From Octopus sinensis (Eukaryota), in the NCBI RefSeq assembly GCF_006345805.1, contig NW_021833162.1:1-29265 (forward strand): a stretch of 29,265 nucleotides of DNA, read 5' to 3'. Of this stretch, positions 1 through 12,410 are shown piece by piece. The notes under the pieces are model-generated. The model made no database searches and was not told the DNA's origin. It was given only the letters and a program-made list of their open reading frames with translations. Both the position numbers and the translations under genes were made by a program. Within the stretch, counting starts at the first letter, position 1; the number at the start of each line of letters is the position of its first letter.

Positions 1-207
1 GAGAGAGAGAAGGAGTTTGAGTGAGGGAAACACTGATGTGGCGATGGGAGTTACGGATAAATGGTCAAGTTAATTGCTAATGTTCTTATTCATTGGTGAT
101 GATGCCGTTTGTTATTGTTTATGTTGTTTTTTTGTAGTTTTTATTTTGGAGTATATGTTTTCTATGCTGACTTCATTATTTTTATTAACATACTTTCTCT
201 CACTCAC

Positions 208-227
208 TCTATCTATCTATCTATCTC

Positions 228-283
<56 letters not shown>

Positions 284-333
284 GTTATCTATCTAGCCAC
301 CCATCCATCCATCCATCCATCCATCCATCCATC
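208..333. repeat. (TCTA)n + (CCAT)n microsatellites
   Basis: Directly visible. Confidence 0.95.
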
Positions 334-405
334 TATCAATCTCTTCTCTCTCTCTTCTATCTATTATCTAGATATATGTATATGCATGCATATATATATA
401 TATAT

Positions 406-437
<32 letters not shown>

Positions 438-979
438 TATATATACTATACATATAATGTTATCCATCTGTCTACTTAGCATCTTTCTGTCTTTCTTTCT
501 TTTTTAACTTTCTTTCTCGTTCTCTCTCCCTGTATATATATATATATATCTATATATATATATATATATATATTATATTTGTGTGTGTATGTGGTGTGTG
601 TGGTGAGTGTTTGAGCTGTGGGTGCATGTGTGTCTATATTTGAAGATATTATGAAAATTAACTGGAAATGGAGTGCATCAGAGGACGAAAGAAAGAGAAG
701 AAGGGGAGAAAAACCGGTGCGGGAAATAGTGAGCGGGCAACAGAGAGAGACACTGAAAGAGAGAAAGGGGTAAGAGAGAGAGGGGGGGCAAGAGCGTGAG
801 AGTGAAGTTAATTGCCGTTCTTGTGTGTCCATCCGTATGACAAGCTCAGTGTTTCTGCGGCTTTTGGCCCAAGCCAAGTGGCCAACCGTTACAGCTTGCA
901 GCACACTAGTTACGATACGGTCCACTTGCTAAATCATTTACAGCTCTGGCACGGAAGATATAAAGACACATAAAAACCA

Positions 980-1111
980 ACATCACCATCATCACAATTA
1001 TCATTATCATCATCATCATCGTAGTCGGCGTCGTCGTCGTGGTCATCATCATCATTATCGACTTCATCATCCATAACAATACACACAAATGTAAAAAAAT
1101 AATACACCAAC

Positions 1112-1155
<44 letters not shown>

Positions 1156-1180
1156 TGATGATGATGACAATAACAACAGC
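980..1180. repeat. (CAT/CGT)n and (TAA)n trinucleotide tracts
   Basis: Directly visible. Confidence 0.9.
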
Positions 1181-1429
1181 CATAATGATAATAAATGGGT
1201 GCAAAATACAATGAAGATGCAAACAGGAGTAACAACATTTATCTTATTAGTAGCAAAGGCCGTGAATAAAAAGCAACAAAAAAAAAAAAACCAACAAACA
1301 AACAAACACCCTGACATTCATACGAAGAGAACTAATGTAATAATGCAGATATATTTACACGTACATAGATATACAGAAATACCACACCACATATATATAT
1401 TACACACTCATAGAAACCCACATCAACCC

Positions 1430-1749
1430 TCATAATATATATATATATATAAATATATATATATATGTGTGTGTACATATTATGTCTTATATATATAGAT
1501 ATATATATATTTGTACCTATATTATATAGATATCTACATATATATTATATAATTATATATATATACACACACACACGACATATATATTATCTTACTATAG
1601 ATATATATATAGACATAATATATATGTATATATGTATATATATATATGTGTGTGTACATATATATGTATATATATATATATATAATATATATATATATAT
1701 ATTATATATATTATATAATATATATTATATATATACTATATAATATATA

Positions 1750-1794
<45 letters not shown>

Positions 1795-1800
1795 TATTAT
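1430..1800. repeat. (TA)n-dominated low-complexity tract (similar tracts at about 7100-7520, 8230-8770, 9660-9730, 23800-24060, 24240-24600)
   Basis: Directly visible. Confidence 0.95.
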
Positions 1801-2586
1801 ATATAATGTGGTGTTTATAAAATATAGATGGCAAAAAGATAACGCAAATCGCAAAAAATGTAGAAAGAGAATATTAGTAAACGCACACAATGTAAACAAA
1901 CAAACAAAAATAAATAAATGAAATAACCAAATATAAATTATAATAAAAAATGTTACAAAAAGCAAAGTAGCAAACTGAACCGCAGATCCATGAGAAATTC
2001 GAAAATCTATTTTAACAAGGTTTGTTTGTTCTAGTCCATGTTTCATCGATTGCCTTAATAACACTGTCCCATCCGCCATTTTAATTCATCGCTATGGTGG
2101 TTTCGCTTTCTTGTGGTCGAAGTTATCAAGTATTAGAGGCGCGGGAAAAAGCTATAAGCATATTAACTTTTTTTTCCTTTCCTTCTTCTCTGTTGTTTGT
2201 TTGTGTGTTTATTTTGTGTGTATGTGAGTATGTCTGTTTTTCTGTTGTTTTTTTTGTTTTTGTTTTTGCAGTATCATTAGTTCTCTGGGGCTATAAGCGT
2301 TGCCTCTTTTGTAAAAATGTTTTATTTGGCAACGAAAAAAAAAAAAAGAAAAAAGAAGAAATCAAAAACAAAAAAAAATTCCTTGTTTGAAGTTGACATT
2401 TAACTTTGTTGTTATTGTTTCACTAATTAAAACCGAATGCAAAGTGCAATGATGAAATGAATATACCGAAATAACAACAATAACAACAATAATAATAACA
2501 GCAACAACAATAATAAAAACAATAAATATGTGATAGAATAATATAGAAAAAAATGCAAAAGATAAAGAAAATGAAACGCATAAACG

Positions 2587-2621
<35 letters not shown>

Positions 2622-3429
2622 TATGAAATTTCAGACAAAGAAAAATACAAAATAGCTAAAATATGCAGCGATAAAAACAAAAAATTAACTAAATTAATGA
2701 ATTAGTACAAGTAAAATATATATATATTGGCTGCGGAAATTTGTTAAATTTTTTTCTGGTTGGTTGGTTGGTGAATTAGTTGGTTGGCTGGTTGGTTGGT
2801 TGGTTGGTTATTTTTTTTTTTAATTATTGCTTTCATTTTTGTTCTTTTATTTAATTTTAGTTTTGGTGGAGTGTTAAAACACTTCTACAAAGGAGATATT
2901 TAAACAAAATAGACAAAATTTAATCGGATTATTAACCGCAACGTTCGATTTCTTATTTGAACGCGGTTTTATTTTATGATTATATTCTAACGCCATATGT
3001 TTAGTAAACACAGAACGGACATATACACACATGAACATACACTCAGATGAACACATGCATAGACAGTCGCATAACACTACGGATGCGTTAAATTACGCAC
3101 CATATACATATATACACATACTTGTATGTGCTTCTATGCATGTGTATATATATATGCATATATTTGCATATGTTTATCTAAGACTGTTATATATATATAT
3201 ATATGCAACTTTTAGCAGTCAATGAACTGCATCAATGCTTGGGCACCACTTTGAACGGTTTATAGGGCAAATCCACCCTCATATTATCTTTTCAAAGTTT
3301 TCCGTATAACTTTCCCGAAAGGCAAGTTATATGTAACGAATAAACTTCAGTCGTTTATATATATATATATGTATGTATATATACACATATAGAATATATA
3401 TGTATATATTATGTATGTATATATATATA

Positions 3430-3472
<43 letters not shown>

Positions 3473-3473
<1 letters not shown>

Positions 3474-3885
3474 AGGAGTAGGTTAACTTTGTGGCAAGAA
3501 GCTTGATCCTTACCACATAGTTCTGGGTTCAGTCCCACTGCGTGGCACATTCGGGAACTGTCTTCTATTATAGCCTCAGGCCAACCTAAGCCTTGTGAGT
3601 AGATTTGGTAGACGGAAACTGAAAGAAGCCCGTCATATATATGTGCGTGCATGTGTGTGTATGTGTGTGTGCGTTTATGTGTCTGTGTTTGTCTCCCATC
3701 ATCACTGACTACCGATATTGGTGTATTTACGCCCCCGTAACCTAGCGATTCGGCAAAGGAGAACGATGGACATAAGTACGAGGCTTATAAAGAATAAGTT
3801 CTGGGGTCGATTTTGTTCGACTGAAGTTGGTGCTCTAGCATGGCTGCAATGAAATGACTGAAACAAGTAACAGAATAAAAGAATA
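3473..3885 (+). mobile_element. SINE family A, full length, diverged
   Basis: GGGTTCAGTCCCACTGCGTGGCAC...GTAGACGGAAACTGAAAGAAGCCCG, central microsatellite and tail GACTGAAACAAGTAACAGAATAAAAGAATA. Confidence 0.88.
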
Positions 3886-5795
3886 TATTCACGACAAACT
3901 TGTACCAAATACACGACTGGATTCTACTATTTACAAGACGTTGGTCTAAGTGGGGTACTAGAGATTACATCTCTGCTAGATTATGCACTGTAGGATTGAA
4001 CCGGAACCTACGTAGTTGCAAAGTAAGCTTCTTAGCCACTCAGATACGTCTGCACCATTTAAAGTTGTGTATATGTGTATATGCACTTGTCTATATAATT
4101 ATGCTGTTTCGATGCTTCAAACATTTTTAATAGCAGCCACAGAGAAAATACTTAGCATTAAAACTCACAGTTTAGAACTGAAGGTCAATTCACACCGTTT
4201 AATTGGTTTTATTAATTATTCCTATGGCAATATAACAATTTACACGTTATTCCTACCGGAATTATCTTCTAGCACACACACACAGCGGAGGAAACATACG
4301 AGCATCACATGCTAAAATCTTAACAATGTATACGAAATATATTTATATATATAGATTTTTAGATACTTTTATATAGATTTTAATATGATATTTAGTTTAA
4401 TAATTTTGTCTAATCCACATCTTCAGAGATGAAATCCGGTTATTATGAAATAATTTCGTGTTTATTTTATTAAAATAAAACATATGGGTATTCTGTGCTA
4501 GTATTCAAAGTGTTTGTGAATAATTCGGCGAATATAGATGCGTTTATTTTCATTTATTGCAACTGCATTGAATACAGTAAATGAAAAAGAAGCTCTAATG
4601 CCCTTGAAATGGTATTATATTTCTTAGTGCTTAAACACAATGCGTATTTATTCCTATAAGGCCTACAGGAGCTTTTTGAACGTTAGAGGGACCCAATGGG
4701 CTCTAGCCTGTATGGGCGAAACTAAAAGAAATCTTCAAATGATAAATACGCAAAAAAATCGGTTTGTTGATAGCTATCTTTTCAGAGCTAATCATATCGG
4801 ATTAATTAAACTTGACTCTAAATGATAACCCATCAATTATCAGTTTTAAATCGGCTCGTTTCATGGCATGAATTTCAATTAATCATGACATGCATTAAAA
4901 ATTGGCAGTTTCATGAAAATCTGGTCCATGTAGGAGTTAAATTTCTTCTCTACAAACTTTGATATTGTTTACTAATAATATAACTACAGCATTTTGTTTA
5001 TGTGGAAGTTTTTTTCTAAATAGTTTATTAAATAAAATGAGGCCATTCTTCATACTAAATTGTGTAGGGGGCCAATTGAGATTAATTAGCTGTGTCTGAG
5101 GGTTGTGATGTGATACGAACATGACTTTCGTAGAATACGGACAGTACAGGCACAAAACTTCGGATACCTACATACATATGTACGCACGTACGTACGTACA
5201 TACATATATAATATATACATACAAACATGCATACATACATATATGAGGCACAAGCATGTGTAACACAATGTATAAGTATCAATCCTGAGAAATTAGGCTT
5301 CTCGAAAACAGAAGGAAGAAAGCTGATTCGAAGGAAACAGATTGAAGCCATCACTAGGACTGCTACAATCAGTAAAACTGTCCAGAAGTTTACCTTTTAA
5401 GTATATATGCTTATGTCAAGACATGCAAACTATATGCATGAGAATATAGACATAAAACAAAACATGCAAATCTGCACATGCACTGACTGTAATTACTGCC
5501 CATATTCACAAACATACTTGCGAAAGTATCCTGTTTCATGTTGTAAAATTCCAATGAAGGCGCTTTGGATCTAGGTTAGAAACCGGCTCTTTCTCTGTTT
5601 TCCAAAAATCTTAAAATAAAACTGAATAATGACATGCACCCCCCCCCCGCGCGCGCGTGAACGCACAGACACACAGACACAGAGGAACACAAACATATGT
5701 TTACATATATTCTTTAATTCTTTTACTAGCTTTAGTCGTTTGACTGCGCCCTTGCTGGGGTATATATATATGTGTATATATATATATATATATGT

Positions 5796-6012
5796 TTCAC
5801 TTGTTTCAGTCATTTGACTGCGGACATACTGGAGCACCGCCTTTAGTCGAGGAAATCGACCCCAAGACTTATTCTTTGTAAGATCAGTATTTATTCTATC
5901 GGTCTTTTTTGCCGAACCGCTAAATTACGGAGACGTAAACACACCAGCATCGGTTGTCAAGCGAAGCTGGGGGGGATAAACACAGACACACAAACACAGA
6001 CACACACACACC

Positions 6013-6065
<53 letters not shown>

Positions 6066-6086
6066 GACGGGCTTCTTTCAGTTTCC
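5796..6086 (-). mobile_element. SINE family A, 5'-truncated
   Basis: Aligns by eye with 10430-10690 (GTTTCAGTCATTTGACTGCGG...CGACGGGCTTCTTTCAGTTTCC). Confidence 0.88.
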
Positions 6087-6089
6087 ATT

Positions 6090-6208
6090 TAAAGCTGAGT
6101 GGATTGGTGTATTATCAAATGAAGTGTTTTGCTCGACAACAGAGCGCATCGCCGGTGTGTGATTCGAAACCTCAATCTTACGATGATAAGTGCAAAACCC
6201 TATCCATT
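6090..6208 (-). mobile_element. tRNA-like SINE head of another family (E), diverged
   Basis: Minus strand reads GGATAGGGTTTTGCAC...GATTGAGGTTTCGAATCACACACCGG...GAGCAAAACACTT, a B-box-like motif followed by a CORE-like segment. Confidence 0.5.
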
Positions 6209-6222
6209 CTATGCCTGAATAT

Positions 6223-6262
<40 letters not shown>

Positions 6263-6290
6263 GAACGTGTATGCTAACAGGGTGCTATAT

Positions 6291-6648
6291 AAAACAAGAC
6301 CGCTGAGAGAGCGCAAACCTCCGCCAAGGCAACGCCAACGTCCTCTCAACGCTTAATCAGAGATTGTTTTTACAATGAGAATATCTGAAATAAACTCGAC
6401 GTCTCACACAGACGAGAATACAAAAATGAACTCGATCGCTCTCAAAGGTTAAATAAAATCAGAACAGGAAATATATTACAGAATTTTTCTCCGGCACCGG
6501 ATCGATCCCAAAATCTAATCAGGTCGTGTCCGAAATTTCATCCGAATCCATCCAGCGGTTCTTGAGATATCTTTTCCACGGACAAACAATTGAACAAACA
6601 AACACGACTGAAAACAGTTCCCCCGCCTTCGCTAAGGCGGATGTAAAT
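6291..6648 (+). mobile_element. Probable Helentron-associated non-autonomous element (HINE/DINE-like)
   Basis: Subterminal inverted repeat ACCTCCGCC (6317-6325) / GGCGGATGT (6636-6644, 1 mismatch) and 3' hairpin CCGCCTT-CGCT-AAGGCGG (6623-6640). The internal GAAATTTCATCCGAATCCATCCAGCGGTTCTTGAGATAT...ACGGACAAACA is typical of HINE-type elements as I recall them. No TSD. Confidence 0.6.
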
Positions 6649-7184
6649 ATGTCTATATCCATCGAGACAGCCATCGTCTCTGTGATGACCGGGGAGTTAA
6701 TTGTTTTCTCTTCACCAACATATGTCCTGAAAAGGTGACCGCTTGGTGCACACCAGAAATGGCCTGTGGCAAAACTTCCGTCATCTTGATTATATATGTA
6801 TATGTTAGCAAATATTTATATCTACACACACACACGCACATATACACACACACATGCATGCATATGTATATTTACTTATATAAATATACACACAAAAGGA
6901 TGTTAAAATTCAAAGCGAAAGTGTATTTTTTTCATCTTGAGCATATATTATCGTGTACACAGATAAAGTCATTGTGAAAAATCTGTTTATAATTTTGTTT
7001 TCATATCTGTCACAAATACAGGAATATTTTATATTTCTCTCTCTTAGAAACTGATTCCAGTATTTCATTTTTCTTAAATATCGCTCTCAGGATTTTAATA
7101 CACACACGCACACGCACACACACACACACACGCACACACACACATACACATAATGTAGATAGATATATACAGACACACACACAC

Positions 7185-7223
<39 letters not shown>

Positions 7224-8040
7224 ATATATAAATACATATATATATTATACATATATTTATATATATATATATCATATATATTACATATATATACATATAT
7301 TCATATATATATATATATACATATAATATATACATATATTTATATATATATATACATATATTTATATATATATAATATATATATATATAATATATATATA
7401 CATATATATACATACATATATTTATATACATATATATACATACATATATTTATATACATATATATATATATATACGAATTCAGATATACACACACAAAAA
7501 CAAACATACCTATTTATATATATATATGCATTTTCTTATTGTCTCTCTCCTTTTCTTCCTGGTATCTAAAACTAGCTTTGATTCTCTCTGTCGCTGAAAC
7601 TCAAATCAAAATAAGATACCTCGCTCGCCTTCTTACTCCCACGTTTTTAGATGACTAGGAAACATGCCAGAAAAAAAAATTATTTAAAAAAAAATACTAA
7701 GTATACATGTTGTAAACAACATAGTTTTCTTTTTATATATGGGAGTATTTTTGTGCATTCATCTGAATTTCAGAACTATTAAATATATACCATAAAACAC
7801 ATACATACACACTTATACTTACATATATTTATATATATATATATACATATGTAAGCATATATATGATCGTATGTGTAAGCATGTACAGAGATACATGCAC
7901 ACATGCACGCACACACAGATACGTACACACACATGTATGTATGTTTATTCATGTACGTAAGCATATATGCAGTTCCCTTATTTTTTTCTCTTTAAAATAT
8001 GTTGTGTGAGTGAATATAAAGTGTATGTAAGTGTGTGTGA

Positions 8041-8077
<37 letters not shown>

Positions 8078-8231
8078 CTTGTATCTGTGTGTCTGGGTAT
8101 TGTTTTTTTCCCCCATTTTTCTTGGCTTTTTGTTCTCTTCTGAATACTTGAGTAAAAGTAGCAACAAAAAAATGAACGATGAATAAAGAAACGTGTTGTA
8201 GGGGAGGTGATTTAAGTCTAAACTGTATTAT

Positions 8232-8274
<43 letters not shown>

Positions 8275-8624
8275 CACATACACATATATATAGTGTATAT
8301 ATATGTATATATATGTATATAAAATATATATACACATACATACATATATATATAACATATATATATATATAATATATATATATAATATATATATAGATGT
8401 ACATTATATATAATATATATATACATTTTACACTCAAAATCGCACGCATACTAGGTATGTTCATATTTATAAATAAATACATGCATACTATATACGTATA
8501 TAAGTATTAGGCAGCCAACATGCATACACACACATAGAGTCACATATAATCTATGTATATGAAAATATGTGCGTGTGTATTGAAATACACACACACACAC
8601 CATATTTATATATATATATATATA

Positions 8625-8671
<47 letters not shown>

Positions 8672-8684
8672 GTATATATTATTG

Positions 8685-8736
<52 letters not shown>

Positions 8737-9471
8737 ATATATATAATATATATATATATATATATTTATGTGTGTATTTAGATGTTTTGAGAGAGATATA
8801 AGAAACAATCTCATCATAACTATATTTGTTTTTATACTTTTACATTCGCAAAAATATGGAAGCAAACAATACCTCCCCCCCCCTCATAAAAGATAATAGT
8901 TAAAAGCAAATAATAACAAATAACAAAACATATTATAAATAATAACAAAAAACATATTAAGGAAGATGTGAGCTGGTATCCACGGTACAATTTCCTGGTG
9001 TTTTCCTGCTGTGGAGGAGGAAAAACCGCTGCTTCAGGGAAGCTAGAGTTTCCCGCCAATTAAAGACGCAGGTAACCAGTAGATCAAACGTTTCAGGTCT
9101 TTCTGATGTATACGGCAGGCATTTTCTTTATTATTTATACAATCCCCTTTCCACTATCTCCGACTAGGTGTCTATCAGAGCAGCGAAGGAGCCCCCTCTC
9201 GAAATATACGTTCTTCTCTCATTTTGTAACGTCTTTCTAAATAATTCTTCTACAAATTTCTCGGTGCATATTTATATATATATACACACAAACATATATA
9301 CACACATACCCATACACATACACACACACATACATTTACATATATACATATTTTCTGTAAATATAGAAGCACATTTTGATAAGTATATAAAAATATGTTT
9401 ACATTAAAAATGAATATATGAAATTTATATATTTCTATATATCTTTCGCTGTGTATATGTATATATATTCA

Positions 9472-9660
9472 TACCTACCTACCTACCCACCCACCTATCT
9501 ACCTACCTACCTACCTACCACCTACCTACCTACATACATACATACATACATACATACATACATACATACATACATACATGCCTACCTACCTACCTACTTA
9601 CATACATACATACATACATCCTACATGCATACATACATGTCTACAACATATATACATACA
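9472..9660. repeat. (TACC)n/(TACA)n tetranucleotide tract
   Basis: Directly visible. Confidence 0.93.
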
Positions 9661-9674
9661 TATATATAATATCG

Positions 9675-9737
<63 letters not shown>

Positions 9738-10416
9738 AGTACTTGAATAATGTATATGCGTATCTATACGTATATATAGGCATATTTGTATTGTGTATAT
9801 GCTTATATAAATATATGTAGTGTTATATACATATATCTGAATTGTTTGTGCGTGTGTGTTTGTGTGTATCAATTTCTAATTTTTTTTTTTTCATCAAATT
9901 GCATTTCCCATATTTTTTAACTAAACTCTCTGTGGGGTAGCATTCTCTCCTTGCTTCTCAACTCTGAATGTGATTAGATTCCCCACCACAACCACCACCA
10001 CCAACACCACCGCTTCTATAGCTTTCTTTATGCCTCCCCCATCGCCTACCTCTCTTTTTCTCCTCTCTGTATCTTACTTTGCCACCCCTAGCCCCACTTT
10101 CCTTTTCACTTCTCTCGCTGATGTCTCTCCATGCATTTTTTTTGTTATTCTGTCCGACTGCCTTGCTGTTTCAAATGCTCGCTACGATACAAATATATAG
10201 GCACCACAAACATTAGAACTTTCGTGATTAAAAGTATTCATCGATTGATTAAAAGCCAGAATAATTTAAATGGTAAACCTTACTTTGAATTTACTCTTTG
10301 ATTGAATGTGTTTGGCGAAGATGTAATGAAATTCAGTTGATTCCTATATGAGCACCATTCCATCGTCATTGTAAATGCCGAATAATGTTAATCTTTTAAT
10401 TACCCAACAAAACGTG

Positions 10417-10805
10417 TTACTCTTTACTCTTTTACTTGTTTCAGTCATTTGACTGCGGCCATGCTGGAGCACCGCCTTTAGTCGAGCAAATCGACCCCGG
10501 GACTTATTCTTTGTAAGCCCAGTACTTATTCTATCGGTCTCTTTTGCCGAACCGCCAGGTGACGGGGGCGTAAACACACCAGCATCGGTTGTCAAGCAAT
10601 GCTAGGGGGACAAACACAGACACACAAACATATGCACACACACTTATATATATATACATATATACGACAGGCTTCTTTCAGTTTCCGTCTACCAAATCCA
10701 CTCACAAGGCATTGGTTGGCCTGGGGCTATAGCAGAAGACACTTGCCCAAGATGCCACGCAGTGGGACTGAACCCGCAACCATGTGGTTGGTTAGCAAGC
10801 TACTT
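10417..10805 (-). mobile_element. tRNA-derived SINE family A, 3' part (interrupted by the ORF1 element)
   Basis: B-box-like GGTTCAGTCCC, CORE-SINE-like (A)TCTTGGGCAAGT, central (TA/CA)n and tail ...GACTGAAACAAGTAAAAGAGTAAAGAGTAA. It matches other family-A copies in the window. Confidence 0.9.
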
Positions 10806-11181
10806 TATTTCAAAACATTTGCCATAAAGGCAGTACACAGATTAAGTTAGCTTTGCGGGCTGGACAAGGACATTAATGAAGTGAATGATAATGAAAGAAA
10901 GATGATAAGGATGGGAGAAGACAAAAAGCGCCCGCCGACTTTCGCTTCTCTAAAACATTGTTCTTTTTAAAGATAAACACAAAACGAGGTATTAAACCTC
11001 TTACAATTTTTCCAATTTTTGGACTTAGCAGTCCATTATTACAAAACGAGTTATTAAACCTCTTACAATTTTTCAATTTTTGGACTTAGCAATCCATTAC
11101 TAATAATAACAGTTCAATAATTACATATCGTCCTCGAAATAGCTTGTGCCCGCGCCCACCACCATCAACCACGCCCCTCCC

Positions 11182-12356
11182 TCAGAACGTAATCAAGTTC
11201 CGAGTTTGCGTCGCCCGGGACCAAGTTATAATCTTCATGAGCTCCTTTAGCCCAAGCGTCACGTCGAACGCCACGGCCTCCACAGCTACCTGCGGAGGCC
11301 ATTCGGGGTCCTGTGTGAAGGCTAAAGGTGCTCCCTTGTGGTGCTCTTCCATCACCTTTTCATTTCACCTCCTCTATAGAAGAGGACCAATAGTTCTTTC
11401 GTTGGCGGCACAGTTCCCGCCAACGGTATTCCTCTCTTGTCGGTGGCACAACCCCAACCGACGTAGTTCCGGGACATTCCGGTGATATGTCACTGACAGC
11501 CGGCAATGTCCCGTTTTTCTTCCTCTTTTTCTTTTTTTTTCCCTTTTCAACTGAGGGAGGGTGCGTCTCCTCCGTGGCCGGAAGATTCGCCTTCCTCCTC
11601 CTCATCCTATATTATCCTTTGGTGAGCACCCATTGTTGCTCACCTTCCTCTTTCGGCCTCTGTTTGAGGAGTCCTCTGCTTTCTCGGCCGTTATCATTCC
11701 CTCTTCTAGAGGGGTTTTACTTAACTGTTCCGGGATCCTATTTTGTTCCCGGGGACAGTTCTTCTTTATGTGGCCGGACTCCAAGCACCGATGACACTTA
11801 GGGGGGGCGACCCTCAAGCATCACCGGGTACCTGCACCAGGCCATTTTCAATAAATCTGGAAGAACCAGATTGGCTGTTTGGCTCCACAGGGTCAAATTT
11901 GCTTTTGACCCAACCCAAGCAGCCGCAGGAAGAACTTTTACATTATGGAGCTTAGTTTCGCTGCCACCCAGACCCCGGCGGATAGTCTCCTCTATCCACT
12001 CGGGTTCTATGTCGGGTGGCAGGCCGCAAATCCAAGCTTTCATCAATTTCTTTTTTCTGTACGTGGGCAGGAATAAGATTTCCTTACCCTCCAGGGGTTT
12101 GCAAGCAAATTTGCAAGCCTCTTCAGGGGTGTCAAATAGCAACCACACCGTTGCATATTTGACACCCCTGGAAATGAATTTAATTGTTGGCAAATACTCT
12201 TCCACTCCTTTTCAATTGCCGTCTTTTCGAATAGGGCGATGGTGTCGAGTGCCTTGGAGTAGTTCTCAACACCACCGTCCTATCTTCACGGTCTTTTAAC
12301 CACTTTTTAGGCGGTATGATCTCCCATTCCAAAAGTTTGTTATTTTTCGTTGCCAT
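11182..12356 (-). pseudogene. Frameshifted ORF1/gag-like nucleic-acid chaperone (RRM-like region + CX2CX4HX4C zinc knuckle + basic low-complexity tail), about 390 codons
   Basis: Manual joining of frames gives MATKNNKLLEWEIIPPKKWLKDREDRTVVLR/YSKALDTIALFEKTAIEKE/EEYLPTIKFISRGVKYATVWLLFDTPEEACKFACKPL...WICGLPPDIEPEWI...LEGRP/PKCHRCLESGHIKKNCP. The knuckle is at 11755-11796. Frameshifts lie near 12262, 12205, the G7 run 11801-11807, about 11610, about 11440 and about 11352. The G-x-P-x-C-x2-C-x4-H-x4-C-P context is typical of L1/Tx1-clade ORF1. Confidence 0.75.
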
Positions 12357-12410
12357 GTGTTTCTTTTTTTGTTTTTTTTTTGATTTTTTTTAAAAATGTT
12401 CAGAATAAAA

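Noticed and set aside
8960-9080. Possible exon ending at CAG|GTAACC (about 9070)
   Set aside because: No convincing upstream acceptor and no recognisable peptide in any frame.
74-9872. Numerous IY/YI/HT/CV-rich ORFs (also 16576-17365 and 22413-24814)
   Set aside because: Translations of (TA)n, (CA)n, (TCTA)n and (TACA)n microsatellites.
11144-12299. Plus-strand ORFs 11144-11485, 11487-11801, 11561-11794, 11743-11955, 11871-12299
   Set aside because: Antisense shadows of the minus-strand ORF1 pseudogene.
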